64,000 bases of DNA from an uncultured Actinomycetota bacterium (lineage in GTDB: Bacteria > Actinomycetota > Actinomycetes > JAHEKZ01). This document shows, one piece after another, positions 1 through 10,861 of the stretch. The position numbers and the translations under genes are program-made. Under the pieces are notes generated by a model. That model saw only the letters and a list, made by a program, of their open reading frames with translations, did not search any database and was not told the DNA's origin. The stretch spans positions 128,001 through 192,000 of the forward strand of contig CAWHIJ010000003.1 in assembly GCA_963829525.1 (NCBI GenBank), read 5' to 3'. Position 1 is the stretch's first letter; every line of letters starts with the position of its first letter.

Positions 1-107
1 GCCCCCGAGCTGCCCGAACCACCGTTATCGTCGCTGCCGCATGCGGCCAGTACCAGCGAAGCAGACGCGACGAGCGCACCTACCGCCAACAGACGCTTTC
101 TCTGCAC
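1..107 (-). CDS. ABC transporter substrate-binding lipoprotein, N-terminal part (runs off window start)
   Basis: Manual translation from GTG 107: VQRKRLLAVGALVASASLVLAACGSDDNGG (lipobox LAAC). RBS GGAGG upstream. Follows the PotA-like ATPase. Confidence 0.75.
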   Translation of the reverse strand, partial: MQRKRLLAVGALVASASLVLAACGSDDNGGSGSSG

Positions 108-186
108 CGGATCCTCCATCCATCTTCGGAAAACACCGAGAGCCGGCGGCCCACGGAATCCTGACTATTGAGTTGTCACGCGCGGT

Positions 187-1254
187 CTAACCCACCGCGG
201 TCTCGTGCTCACGCCGCCAGATCAGTTGCACCTGCCGTCCACGCATGCTCAGGACATCCATGGACGAGGTCTGCAGGTTCTGCTGAAGGGCGACGAGGTA
301 TCCCCCAGCTTCGAGGTCAACGACGAATCGTGTGGCGGCACCCACGTACACCACTTCACGGACGACCCCTGCGGCCGCGTGTTCGCCTGCCCCAGGCTCC
401 TCGAGCGTGTTGCCGATCCGAATCTTCTCCGGGCGGATGCTGAATACTCCCGCGTTGCCGAGCACCTGCTCAGCTGCGGTTCCTTGGAGCAGGTTCGAGG
501 TGCCGACGAAGCCGGCGACGAAGGGCGTGAGGGGACGCTCGTAGACATCAGCGGGGGTGCCCACCTGCTCGATGCGCCCGGCGTTGAAGACCGCAATCCG
601 GTCAGACATCGTCAGCGCTTCTTCCTGGTCGTGCGTCACGAAGATGAAGGTGATCCCCACCTGCCGCTGCAGCTGCTTGAGCTCTACCTGCATTTGCTCA
701 CGAAGCTTCAGATCGAGAGCCCCGAGGGGCTCATCAAGCAGCAGAACGCTCGGGCGGTTGACCAAAGCCCGAGCGAGGGCTACGCGCTGTCGCTGCCCGC
801 CAGACATTTGAGCTGGCTTACGATCCTCAAAGCCAGCAAGCTGGACACTGGCGAGCGCTTCAAGAGCCCGCCGGTGCCTTTCGGCCCTGGGCACCTTCTT
901 GACACGAAGCCCATACTCGACGTTTTGCACGACCGACATGTGAGGAAAGAGGGCATAGTCCTGGAAGACGGTGTTGACGTCCCTCTCGAAGGGGGCCCGC
1001 TTGGTGACGTCCTGGCCGTTGAGCTCAACGCTGCCACCGGTCGGCAGCTCGAAGCCGGCAATCATCCTGAGCACGGTCGTCTTCCCGGAGCCAGAAGGTC
1101 CCAGAAGCGTCAAGAACTCCCCGTCGTAGATGTCGAGATCCACGCCGTCAACCGCGACGACATCGCCGAAGTGTTTGCTCAGGCCGCGCAGAGTCACGGC
1201 CACAGCTGCGACGTCAACCGCGACGACGGGGGAAACCTGAGTGGCTTCCGGCAT
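187..1254 (-). CDS. Polyamine/PotA-like ABC transporter ATP-binding protein
   Basis: Walker A GPSGSGKT, signature MSGGQRQR, LLLDEPLGALD, VNTVFQDYALFPH, TOBE-like C-terminus. Confidence 0.9.
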   Translation of the reverse strand: MPEATQVSPVVAVDVAAVAVTLRGLSKHFGDVVAVDGVDLDIYDGEFLTLLGPSGSGKTTVLRMIAGFELPTGGSVELNGQDVTKRAPFERDVNTVFQDYALFPHMSVVQNVEYGLRVKKVPRAERHRRALEALASVQLAGFEDRKPAQMSGGQRQRVALARALVNRPSVLLLDEPLGALDLKLREQMQVELKQLQRQVGITFIFVTHDQEEALTMSDRIAVFNAGRIEQVGTPADVYERPLTPFVAGFVGTSNLLQGTAAEQVLGNAGVFSIRPEKIRIGNTLEEPGAGEHAAAGVVREVVYVGAATRFVVDLEAGGYLVALQQNLQTSSMDVLSMRGRQVQLIWRREHETAVG

Positions 1255-1454
1255 GAATATCGATCTCCCAGTGGACTCAGGCGCACACTACGTCCCCGGC
1301 GATGCCTGCGACAGAAGCACGACTATGCCGGACACGAATTGTTATCACACCGTCACGGCGAGCGACCTTAGGGCTGCTCCCCGTCACGCTCCGCATGCTT
1401 GTGGCCCAAATACCGGCTCGGACACTTCGAACTGGCGCCGCCGTCCCGGAGTGC

Positions 1455-2216
1455 CTACAGCAGGGGGAGGTAGGGCGCTAGGTCCGTCCGGAGGCCGGAC
1501 GCCTGGACACCGCCGGCGGCAACCGCCGACTGCCACGAGACGCGGCCAGCCGTAAGGCGACAGAAGGTGAGGGGGTCCATCTCGACAACGGCAGACGGTG
1601 TTCCGCGAGTGTGCTGTGGGCCCTCGATGCACTGCACCGCAGCGAATGGTGGGATGCGAACCTCAACGCTGCGCCCCGGTGCTCGCCAGCTGAGCACGTC
1701 AGCCAGCGCCCGCGTTGAGACCTGGAGGCACGGTCGTGACGCCGGCGGGCCCTCGCCGTCGACCGAACGGCTCAGATCGTCGCTGTGCACTGTCAGCTCG
1801 ATGCAACGAGTGCGAAGGAAGTCGACCCATCGAATGGGACCGCGCCTGGCCGCAACGACCGGGTTGCCTTCGACACTTGCGATCGCCTGCTCGGCCGCTG
1901 CTGCAATGGCGTCCACCGCAAAGAGAAAGCCATCCGCGGACGCAGCGGCTCGTGTTCGCTCATCGATGGCAGCAGCACCATCGGCATAGGTGGCAATGTA
2001 GTCGCCGAGTCGGAGGGGTCTTTCCTCACTCAGCACATCAGCAGCCGCCCGGATCGAGTCGGCGACCAGACCGAAATGCGCGACGAGATCACGCAGTGTC
2101 CACCCATCAATCGCACTCGCCGTCGACCAGTCTTCGATCCCGTCACACCAATCGCGCGTCAGCGACCACTGTTCGAGGTACGCCGCGGCGACCTTGCCGC
2201 CGTCGATCCCGGCCAC
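1455..2216 (-). CDS. Maleylpyruvate isomerase N-terminal (mycothiol-dependent, DinB-like) domain plus C-terminal bacterial SCP-like domain protein
   Basis: GWTLRDLVAH and ELTVHSDDL motifs, then VEVRIPPFAAVQCIEGPQHTRGTP. Usual position downstream of purL. Confidence 0.75.
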   Translation of the reverse strand: MAGIDGGKVAAAYLEQWSLTRDWCDGIEDWSTASAIDGWTLRDLVAHFGLVADSIRAAADVLSEERPLRLGDYIATYADGAAAIDERTRAAASADGFLFAVDAIAAAAEQAIASVEGNPVVAARRGPIRWVDFLRTRCIELTVHSDDLSRSVDGEGPPASRPCLQVSTRALADVLSWRAPGRSVEVRIPPFAAVQCIEGPQHTRGTPSAVVEMDPLTFCRLTAGRVSWQSAVAAGGVQASGLRTDLAPYLPLL

Positions 2217-4489
2217 TAGTCGAACAGCGCGGGGAAGGTTCCCTCGCTGGTCGCGCGCATCTCGTCGATTGGCAAGGTGAAGAGCCCCTGCACCTCAAGC
2301 CCGCCGATCTCAGAGTCGACCACGCCTATCCGCGCTGCGGGAACACCTCGCGCAGTGCACATGTCGGTGAACCGAACCTCTTCGCTCCGCGGGACGACGA
2401 AGACGATCCGTCCGGCGGACTCGGAGAAGAGAGCCACAAAGGGATCGATGCCGTCCGGCAGGAAGACGCGAGCGCCCTTGCCAGAACGCAGCGCCATCTC
2501 AGCGAGCGAAATGGCCAGCCCACCGACGGAGACATCGTGTGCGGCGGTGAGCAGGCCATCACGGGATGCGGCGACGGCGATCTCGGCGATCTTGCGCTCC
2601 CGGTTGAGGTCGACCTTCGGGGGCAGGCCACCGAGGTGGTCCTGCAGGTGGGCCCACTCCGAGCCGCCGAACTCGTCGGCCGTCTCACCCAGCAGCCAGA
2701 TGGAGTCGCCATCGGCGTCCCAAGCCAGCGGTGTGCGGCGCGCGACGTCGTCGATCACTCCGAGGACGCCGATGACCGGCGTGGGCAGGATCGCCGTTTC
2801 ACCGGTCTGGTTGTAGAAGCTCACGTTTCCACCGGTGACCGGCACCCCGAGCTGCAGGCAGGCATCAGCGAGACCGCGCGTGGTCTCGGCGAACTGCCAC
2901 ATGACGTCGGTGTCTTCAGGTGAACCGAAGTTGAGGCAGTTGGTGACGGCCAGTGGCTTGGCGCCCGTCGTTGCCACATTGCGATACGCCTCGGCCAAAG
3001 CCAGCTGCGCGCCGGTGTACGGGTCGAGCTTTCCGTACCGTCCGTTGCCGTCGGTACTGACGGCAACACCGAGACCATCGTCATTGATGCGCACGATGCC
3101 GGAGTCCTCCGGCTGCGCGAGCACGGTGTTTCCGAGCACGTAGCGGTCGTACTGATCGGTGACCCATGACTTCGATGCCAGATTGGGGCTGCCAAGGAGT
3201 GAAAGGAAAGTCTCGCGCAGCTCGGCACCGGACGACGGGCGTGCCAACGATGTAGGCACGTCCGCCTGCAGGGCGTCCTGCCAGGTCGGACGCGCATACG
3301 GCCGTTCGTAGACCGGCCCGTCGTGCGCCACGGTCTTCGGCGGCACATCGACGATCTGGTCTCCGTGCCATTCGATCGTCAGCCGCCCGGAGTCGTTCAC
3401 CTCACCGATGACAACCGCCTCGACGTCCCACTTGCGACAGACGGCCATGAACGCCACGAGCTTGTCTGGCGCGACTACCGCGCACATGCGCTCCTGCGAC
3501 TCGCTCATGAGGATCTCCTCAGGCGCGAGCGTGGAGTCGCGCAGCGGTACGCGGTCGAGCCAGACGTGCATGCCGCTGTCACCGTTGGACGCCATCTCAG
3601 ACGTTGCACACGAGATGCCGGCACCACCGAGGTCTTGGATACCGATGACGAGCTGCTGCTCAAAGAGCTCTTGGCAAGCCTCGATCAGCACCTTCTCGGC
3701 GAACGGGTCACCTACCTGCACGCTGGGTCGCTTGCTGGGGCCTCCGCTGCCATCGCTGTCGTCAAACGTCTCGGACGCGAGCACGCTGACGCCACCGATA
3801 CCGTCACCACCGGTCTTGGCCCCGAAGAGGATCACGTGGTTGCCGGCGCCGGTGGCCGCTGAGAGCTGGATGCGGTCGTGCGGTACGACGCCGACACAGA
3901 GCGCGTTGACGAGCGGGTTACCGATGTAGGTGGGGTCGAAGACAACCTCGCCGCCGATGTTCGGCAAGCCCAGGCAGTTTCCGTATCCCCCGATGCCTGC
4001 AACGATTCCAGGGAGGACGCGGTGCGTGTCAGGTGCGTCGGCCGGGCCAAAGCGCAGGGGATCCATCACCGCGACGGGTCGAGCGCCCATCGTCAAGATG
4101 TCGCGCACGATTCCGCCGATGCCCGTGGCTGCACCTTGATACGGCTCGACGTACGACGGGTGGTTGTGAGACTCGATCTTGAATGTCACTGCAAGGCCGT
4201 CGCCGACGTCGACGACGCCGGCGTTCTCGCCCATTCCGACCAACAGGATGTCCTCTGCTTCGGCAGGAACCTTCTCGCCGAACTGACGCAGGTGCACCTT
4301 GCTCGACTTGTACGAGCAGTGCTCACTCCACATGACCGAGTACATCGCCAGCTCGCTGCTGGTGGGACGGCGTCCGAGGTGCTCGCGGATCTGCTGGTAC
4401 TCGTCGCTCCCCAGGCCGAGGTCAGCGTAGGGCTGTTCGGCATCGGGAGTCGACTCGGCGTCTTTGACCGTGTCGACGTGCCGCGTCAT
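2216..4489 (-). CDS. purL: Phosphoribosylformylglycinamidine synthase subunit PurL
   Basis: [39 protein letters not shown]. Confidence 0.97.
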   Translation of the reverse strand: MTRHVDTVKDAESTPDAEQPYADLGLGSDEYQQIREHLGRRPTSSELAMYSVMWSEHCSYKSSKVHLRQFGEKVPAEAEDILLVGMGENAGVVDVGDGLAVTFKIESHNHPSYVEPYQGAATGIGGIVRDILTMGARPVAVMDPLRFGPADAPDTHRVLPGIVAGIGGYGNCLGLPNIGGEVVFDPTYIGNPLVNALCVGVVPHDRIQLSAATGAGNHVILFGAKTGGDGIGGVSVLASETFDDSDGSGGPSKRPSVQVGDPFAEKVLIEACQELFEQQLVIGIQDLGGAGISCATSEMASNGDSGMHVWLDRVPLRDSTLAPEEILMSESQERMCAVVAPDKLVAFMAVCRKWDVEAVVIGEVNDSGRLTIEWHGDQIVDVPPKTVAHDGPVYERPYARPTWQDALQADVPTSLARPSSGAELRETFLSLLGSPNLASKSWVTDQYDRYVLGNTVLAQPEDSGIVRINDDGLGVAVSTDGNGRYGKLDPYTGAQLALAEAYRNVATTGAKPLAVTNCLNFGSPEDTDVMWQFAETTRGLADACLQLGVPVTGGNVSFYNQTGETAILPTPVIGVLGVIDDVARRTPLAWDADGDSIWLLGETADEFGGSEWAHLQDHLGGLPPKVDLNRERKIAEIAVAASRDGLLTAAHDVSVGGLAISLAEMALRSGKGARVFLPDGIDPFVALFSESAGRIVFVVPRSEEVRFTDMCTARGVPAARIGVVDSEIGGLEVQGLFTLPIDEMRATSEGTFPALFD

Positions 4490-5164
4490 GCGTCCACCAG
4501 CTGGCTGATCACGGAGGAGAAGAACCCAAGTCCGTCCAGCGAAGGGCCGGTGAGCCGCTCAACAGCGTGTTCGGGGTGAGGCATTAGACCCACCACGTTG
4601 CCGCGGTCGTTGGTGATGCCGGCGATGTCGCGGTAGGAGCCGTTCGGGTTGTCGTGCAGGTAGCGGAACACCACCCGACCCTCACCCTCGAGCTCATCGA
4701 GCGTGCGCTGGTCGGCGACGAACCCGCCCTCGCCGTTCTTCAGCGGGATGAGGATCTCTTGGCCCTCGTCGTAGTCCGACGTCCACGCGGTGTTCGCACT
4801 CTCGACGCGCAGCCACTGGTCGCGGCAGACGAACTTGCGGACGTCGTTGCGGATCAGCGCCCCTGGGAGCAGATGCGACTCACACAGCACCTGGAACCCG
4901 TTGCAGATACCGAGTACCGGCATCCCGCCGCGGGCGGCATCGATCACGGTCTGCATCACGGGGGCGAAGCGGGCGATGGCCCCGCACCGTAGGTAGTCGC
5001 CGTACGAGAACCCACCTGGAAGAACGACGGCGTCCACCCCTTTGAGGACGGCGTCACCGTGCCAGAGCGAGACAGATTCGGCACCTGCAATTCGCACAGC
5101 GCGCGCGGCATCCTGGTCGTCGAGCGAACCCGGGAAAGGTGACGACGCCGATCCGCGCCGACAT
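4486..5164 (-). CDS. purQ: FGAM synthase glutaminase subunit PurQ (+1 indel near 5130)
   Basis: ATG 5164 gives [12 protein letters not shown], then the frame changes to [15 protein letters not shown]...[11 protein letters not shown]...GICNGFQ...GLMPHPE. ATGA overlap with purS stop. Confidence 0.92.
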
Positions 5165-5403
5165 CAGTGCTCCTCGACGCGGATCGTGTAGTCCTCAATG
5201 ACGGTGTTCGCCAGCAGAGTGCTAGCGATCTCGTCGAGGGCGGCGGCGTCAGGTGCTGCGTCGAGAACGATCTCGAAGCGCTTGCCCTGACGGACGCTGG
5301 CGATGTCGGAGTGTCCGAGGCGGGTGAGCGCCCCCAGGACGGCCTGACCTTGGGGGTCGAGGATCTCCGGCTTGAGCATGACGTCGACGACGACGCGAGC
5401 CAC
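5164..5403 (-). CDS. purS: FGAM synthase subunit PurS
   Basis: VARVVVDVMLKPEILDPQG...VRQGKRFE...LLANTVIEDY. Confidence 0.95.
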   Translation of the reverse strand: MARVVVDVMLKPEILDPQGQAVLGALTRLGHSDIASVRQGKRFEIVLDAAPDAAALDEIASTLLANTVIEDYTIRVEEH

Positions 5404-5569
5404 GGGCTTCTCCGGCTGCTCGAGGGGCGGGGCAGGACCCCGGCGGGTTGATGCCACCAGTCTATCGACGGAGCCTGCGGGCTTCCGAAGCGCCTCAGCG
5501 GCGGGTCGAGATGAGAGGTGCATGAACTCACAGCCCCGGGCTCGGGTCAGAGCTCATGCAACGCTCACA

Positions 5570-6093
5570 TCAACCGGACGACGGCAGGTCCGATACCCCG
5601 CTCTGACGAGCGATCTCGCTCCGGACCAGATGAGGGCCGAGCCACGCCGCGACGACGGCAGACGCAAGGACGGGAGCCGCCACCATCACCGCCAGAACCT
5701 CTCCCAGTCCCCAGGAGAGTCGAACGCTTCTGTCGACCAGCTGAACCACAGGTAGGCCACGAGCTGAACACTGGCGGCGATCGCGACCGCCCACCACCGG
5801 AGGCGAGGCATGGGCGGCAGCGACTCGACGTCTCTCCTACTGACCAGCCAGGCAAAGATCGCTGCGGCCAAGACACCTGCGGGGAAGGACACGATCAGCC
5901 CCAGCCCCACGCCCAAGACCGCCGCGAACTCGCCGGTGCCCGCGACGAACCGCCCCTCCGCCAAGAAGAAATCGTCCGGCCCTGCATCGGTGACGTACCC
6001 GAGGACGAAGCCCAGCACCGCTCCGAGCACCAGGCAGAAACTCAGTGACCAGGCCGAGCCAATGCCCCACATCCGCATGCCTGAGAGTCTCAT
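5570..6093 (-). CDS. Hypothetical multi-pass membrane protein (probable indel near 5710)
   Basis: Hydrophobic helices in ORF 5686..6279 from Met at 6093. The hydrophobic sequence continues in the alternate frame 5570..5797 (EVLAVMVAAPVLASAVVAAWLGP). Confidence 0.55.
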
Positions 6094-6098
6094 GCTCG

Positions 6099-7070
6099 TC
6101 AGGCCGGCGGGTTGGCTTGCCATGCCTCCCAGGCGCTCGTCACCATGGCGGCCAGGTCGAGGCTGCCGTCGACCACCGAGGTCGGCGCGGATCTTGTCGG
6201 CGGACGCCACCAGCCGCGCCGGGTCTCCCGCCCGGCGGTGCGACCAGGTCATGGGTGAACTCGATGCCGGTGGCGGCACGCACGGCGTCCATGACCTCGA
6301 TCACCGAGACGCCTTCGCCGCGTCCGACGTTGTAGATCTCTGACGCCGGCGCCCTGCTCGAGGCGCTTGACAGACGCGACGTGGGCATCGGCGAGGTCGG
6401 TGACGTGGATGTAGTCGCGGATGCACGAGCCGTCCGGCGTCGGGTAGTCAGAGCCGAAGACCTGCGGGTTCTTGCCCGTGGACAGCGCGCGGAACACCAT
6501 CGGGATCAGGTTGAAGACGCCGGTGTCACCGAGGTCTGGCCCGCCGGCCCCGGCAACGTTGAAGTAGCGCAGCGAGACCCAGTCGAGGCCGATGGCAGTG
6601 GCGACGTCCCTCATCAGCCACTCACCGATCAGCTTGGTCTCGCCGTAGGGGTTTATCGGCTGACAGATGTAGTCCTCGGTGAGCGGGTCATCGCTGTCGG
6701 GCATGCCGAAGGTGGCAGCCGACGAGCTGTAGACCATCTTCTTGACGCCGGTGGCGTCCATCGCCTCGAGCAGGCTCAGCAGACCGTCGACGTTCTCGCG
6801 GTAGTAGTAGAGCGGGCGCTCGACGGACTCACCGACTGCCTTCTTGGCCGCCATGTGGACGACCCCTGTCACGTCGTGCTCACGAATCGCCTTCTCGACG
6901 GCGGGGGCGTCCAGCACTGACGACTCGACCAGGGGGACGTCTGACGGAACCTTGCGGGCCTCACCGGTCGACAGGTCATCGAAGGCGACGACTCCGTGGC
7001 CGGACTCCTTGAGCGACTTCACGATGTGGGCGCCGATATAGCCGGCTCCGCCGGTCACCATCCATGTCAT
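6099..7070 (-). CDS. galE: UDP-glucose 4-epimerase (several indels at about 6160-6350)
   Basis: VTGGAGYIG, PINPYGETK, LRYFNVAG, DGSCIRDYIHV. C-terminus is spread over frames (IYNVGRGEGVSV; RRAGDPARLVAS; AMVTSAWEAWQ, stop 6099). Confidence 0.9.
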
Positions 7071-7215
7071 GCAGCCAGGGTACGGGCTCACCCTCGACCG
7101 CGAGGACGAACGATCAATCGGTCCATGAAGACTTACCCGGAGTTTTCGGCGTCGCGGGGAGCCTTCAAAGCAACGCTAAGTATTCATAGGGGGTACTCGG
7201 CGGGCTTGGGACGCC

Positions 7216-7635
7216 TCAGACCACGTCGTCGCGGTAGTCGTAGCCGGAGACCATGGTGGGGATGAGTCGGAAGAAGACGTCGGTGTGCTTCCCCGACGGA
7301 TCGTGCCCCTCGTAGCGACGGACGATCCGGCGATAGAGCGCCTGCGCATCGATGCCCTCGGCATAAGGGTCGAGCACCTCATGCGCAGTCCCACGGACCG
7401 ACACGTAACGGGCGTGCTCTCCCTCCTCCATCACCATTCCCGCAACCAAAGGCCGCTCCCTCATGTCACGCGCCTTCAGCGAGTCCGCCCCTGTGCTGAA
7501 GAGCAATCCGTCAGCATCAGCGACGAACCAGACGGGCACGACAACAGGCGAACCATCAGGACGCACCGTCGCTAGCGCGAGATAGGCGAGGGTTTCATCG
7601 GCGAAGAGGTCCTCGAAGCCGTTGGGGATCTTCAC
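7216..7635 (-). CDS. Pyridoxamine 5'-phosphate oxidase-like (PPOX class, probably F420-dependent) protein
   Basis: LATVRPDGSP..VPVWF, K-x-RDMRERP, YVSVRG. Confidence 0.75.
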   Translation of the reverse strand: MKIPNGFEDLFADETLAYLALATVRPDGSPVVVPVWFVADADGLLFSTGADSLKARDMRERPLVAGMVMEEGEHARYVSVRGTAHEVLDPYAEGIDAQALYRRIVRRYEGHDPSGKHTDVFFRLIPTMVSGYDYRDDVV

Positions 7636-7641
7636 GATGAC

Positions 7642-8543
7642 CTAGCTGAAACGCCGGCCGGTGAGGCGCTCATAGGCCTCGACGTACTTGGCCCGGGTCT
7701 GCTCGACGACTTCGTCGGGCAGCGCCGGAGGCGCGTCGCCGGAGTGGCGGTCCCACCCGGACGCGGCGGACGTCAGCCAGTCGCGGACGTACTGTTTGTC
7801 GTAGGACGGCTGCGCGTGACCTGGCTCCCACAGGTCAGCCGGCCAGAAGCGTGACGAGTCAGGAGTGAGTACCTCGTCGGCGAGCACGATCTCGCCGGTC
7901 GACGGATGGCGTCCGAACTCGAACTTGGTGTCGGCCACAATGATGCCGCGATCTCTGGCGATCTCCTCGGCGCGTGCGTAGATCCGCAACGTCAACGCGC
8001 GCAGCGCTTCAGCATCGTCGACTCCAACGGTCTTGACGACCGTCTCGAAGTCGACGTTCTCGTCATGGTCACCGAGGTCTGCCTTCGTTGCCGGGGTGAA
8101 GATCGGCCTCGGGCAGCCGCGAACCGTCGACGAGGCCCGGCGGCAACTCGTTGCCGCAGACCGGGCCGGTCGCGCGTGTAGTCGGAGAGGCCTGATCCTG
8201 CGAGGTAGCCACGCGCCACGCACTCGACGGGAAACATGTCGAGCCGCTGCGTCACCATCGCTCGTCCGGCGACCTCAGCTGGGACGTCGGTCGACAGCAG
8301 GTGGTTCGGCACCACGTCCGCAAGCTGCTCGAACCACCAGAGCGTCATGGCGGTAAGGATGCGGCCCTTGTCTGGGATCGTCGTCGGCAACACCCAGTCG
8401 TATGCCGACATGCGATCACTGGCGACGAAGAGAAGTGAGCCATCCGGGTATTCGTAGAGGTCGCGCACCTTGCCGGAGTAGACCGCGGTGACGCCGGGAA
8501 GCTCCGGCGCCGCTGGCACATTGGCCATCGGCGACGCCGTCAC
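7642..8543 (-). CDS. purC: SAICAR synthase (indels at about 8100-8170)
   Basis: [64 protein letters not shown] 8543 overlaps the purB stop. Confidence 0.92.
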
Positions 8544-9978
8544 AGGATGTCCCCAGGACGGTAGCCGGCAGCCTCGGGGTGACTCTGCAACAACTGCAGC
8601 GACACGCAGCACGACAGCAGCCACCTGGTCGGTCGCCGTCCCGGTGAACGTCAGTGGTTCGGCGACCAGCTGCTCGAGGTCGGACGCGGTCAGCCCCAGC
8701 CGCTCGTCGGACGCCAGACGCGCCAACAGATCGTTGCGCTCCGCGCCCTTCTCGCGCATCTCCAGTGCCACGGCGACCGCGTGCTCCTTGATCACCTCGT
8801 GTGCCGTCTCGCGTCCGACACCCGACCGCACGGCAGCCATCAGCACCTTGGTGGTCGCGAGGAAGGGCAGGTAGCGCTCGAGCTCGCGTTGCACGACGGC
8901 CGGGAAGACGCCGAACTCGTCGAGGACGGTGAGGAACGTCTCGAACAGCCCGTCGATCGCGAAGAACGCGTCAGCGAGGGCGACGCGTCGTACGACCGAG
9001 CAAGAGACATCGCCCTCGTTCCACTGGTCACCAGCCAGCTCACCGACCATCGACGCATATCCGCGCAGGATCACCGCGAAACCGTTGACCCGTTCGCACG
9101 AGCGGGTATTCATCTTGTGCGGCATCGCCGACGAGCCGACCTGTCCGGCCTTGAAGCCTTCGGTCACGAGCTCGTTGCCAGCCATCAGACGGATGGTCTT
9201 TGCCAGCGACGACGGTGCGGCCGACAACTGCACGAGCGCACTCACGACGTCGTAGTCGAGCGAACGCGGGTAGACCTGACCGACGCTGTCGAGCACCTGC
9301 TCGAAACCGAGATAGCGCGAGATCTCGATCTCGAGCTCGGCCACCTTGTTGGCGTCCCCGCCGAGCAGGTCGAGCATGTCTTGGCTGGTGCCGACCGGGC
9401 CCTTGATGCCGCGCAGCGGATAGCGACCGATCAGGTCGTCGACGCGCTGGTAGGCCACCAGCAGCTCGTCGGCAGCGGAGGCGAAGCGCTTGCCGAGCGT
9501 GGTGGCCTGCGCCGCGACGTTGTGCGACCGTCCAGCCATCACCAGTGTTGCGTGCTCGGACGCCAGGGCGCCAGCCGTGCAAGCGTCGCCACTGACTTGT
9601 CGCGAACGAGCAGAAGCGACGACCGCACCTGCAGCTGTTCGACGTTCTCGGTGAGGTCGCGCGACGTCATACCCTTGTGAATGTGCTCGTGACCGGCGAG
9701 CGCGCAGAACTCTTCGATGCGCGCTTTCACATCGTGGCGCGTGACGCGCTCGCGCGCTGCAATCGAATCGAGGTCGACGTGTCGATGACGGCGCGGTAGT
9801 CATCGATGACCAGCTGCGAGACGTCGAGCCCAAGGGTGCGCTGCGCCTCCAACACCGCGAGCCAGAGCTGTCGTTCGAGGACGACTTTGTGCTCGGGGGA
9901 CCAGATCCGCGCCATCGCCGCAGAGGCGTAGCGAGAGGCGAGGACGTCAGGGATCTGCGGCTTGGAAGACGAGGTCAC
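8540..9978 (-). CDS. purB: Adenylosuccinate lyase (multiple indels)
   Basis: [57 protein letters not shown] across three to four frames. Ends YRPGDIL-stop at 8540. Confidence 0.92.
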
Positions 9979-10021
9979 GGGGGCATTCTCCCAGGTATGC
10001 GCTGGGACGTCGAAATCTCTA

Positions 10022-10342
10022 CTAGGCCGGTGGCTGAACGCCGTTGGGGCGTCGGTAGATCCCGGGTGAGCGGCGTAACAGCAGTCCCTCGTCGACCAAG
10101 TAGCGACGCAGCATCGCCACGTCGTCGGAGAACGGTCGCAGCCGCGCATTAACCGCGGTCTCTTCGTGGTCCACCCTCGGTTCGATCTGCTGCGCCATGT
10201 GACGAAGGACGACCAGCCTGTTAGCCCGCTTGCGCGGCATCGCGATCAGGCGGCCGTCAGCGTCGAGGTGCCGGCTGAGTATGAGGGTTGATGGAGGGTG
10301 GGGCTGAAGTGTAGCGTGGGAGCGTAACGTTGGAGCGCACAT
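10022..10342 (-). CDS. DUF2087-domain protein (start uncertain)
   Basis: DGRLIAMPRKRANRLVVL...VNARLRPFSDDVAMLRRYLVDEGLL pattern typical of DUF2087. Confidence 0.65.
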   Translation of the reverse strand: MCAPTLRSHATLQPHPPSTLILSRHLDADGRLIAMPRKRANRLVVLRHMAQQIEPRVDHEETAVNARLRPFSDDVAMLRRYLVDEGLLLRRSPGIYRRPNGVQPPA

Positions 10343-10629
10343 AGCAGCGTATAGGAGGTGACGTTGTGGCGAAGCTCCACATTCTGCTGAGCAGGGGCTC
10401 ATGCGTGAACCTCTGAATACGCATCCTGCCAAAACCGCCACCCCGCTTGAGCGGTCGCTATGGGGATCTCGCCCGATCGCTCCAGACTCCGAATCGCTGA
10501 GCTCACCTCGACATCGAGCAGGGCGGGCGCTGCGATCTGAGTGCGTTTGCACCCATACTCAGGGGCTAAGGGCCGAGCGGCACTGGGTCCGAGGGCCGGG
10601 ACCACGACAGAGGCGTCAACGACGATCAT
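10320..10629 (-). CDS. VapC-family PIN-domain toxin, frameshifted/garbled
   Basis: MIVVDASVVV, AAPALLDVEVSSAIR. With three single-base restorations the 3' part reads FTHEPLLSRMW(E)LRHNVTSY(D)AAYVAL. 3' end not resolvable. Confidence 0.7.
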
Positions 10630-10856
10630 CGGCGGTCTGCGTGGATGGCGTCCAAAATCTCGTCAACACCTAGGTCAACACGGAGCGGAGCCAGCCGAGC
10701 AAAGATGTCGGCGTTCGACGGCTTGGTCGCGTTGGCGATGATCTCGCGCAGTACGTACTCCGACAGCGAGACGCCCGACTTGCTCGCCCGAAGACGAAGA
10801 GCCTCGTGAACCTCGTATGAGCGCATTGCGATCTGAGTGGACGGTCTTGCACCCAT
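10626..10856 (-). CDS. VapB/FitA-like ribbon-helix-helix antitoxin
   Basis: EVHEALRLRASKSGVSLSEYVLREI...ILDAIHADR. ATGA overlap with the PIN toxin. Confidence 0.75.
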   Translation of the reverse strand: MGARPSTQIAMRSYEVHEALRLRASKSGVSLSEYVLREIIANATKPSNADIFARLAPLRVDLGVDEILDAIHADRR

Positions 10857-10861
10857 TCAGG

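Noticed and set aside
1331-1352. ATCACACC shared with 16674-16681 upstream of two amine-related genes
   Set aside because: An 8-bp match with no symmetry is too weak to call a shared operator
5120-5140. Possible programmed frameshift in purQ (TTT CCC GGG T)
   Set aside because: It lies in an indel-rich interval, and one extra base in a homopolymer explains it
5404-5570. ZMP/ZTP or purine riboswitch upstream of purS
   Set aside because: I could not find the conserved motif elements by eye; an Infernal search would settle it
7992-9833. 613-aa ORF that looks like a PurB-PurC fusion
   Set aside because: An indel near 8580 bypasses the real purB end (YRPGDIL-TGA at 8540, overlapping the purC GTG); this is an artefact
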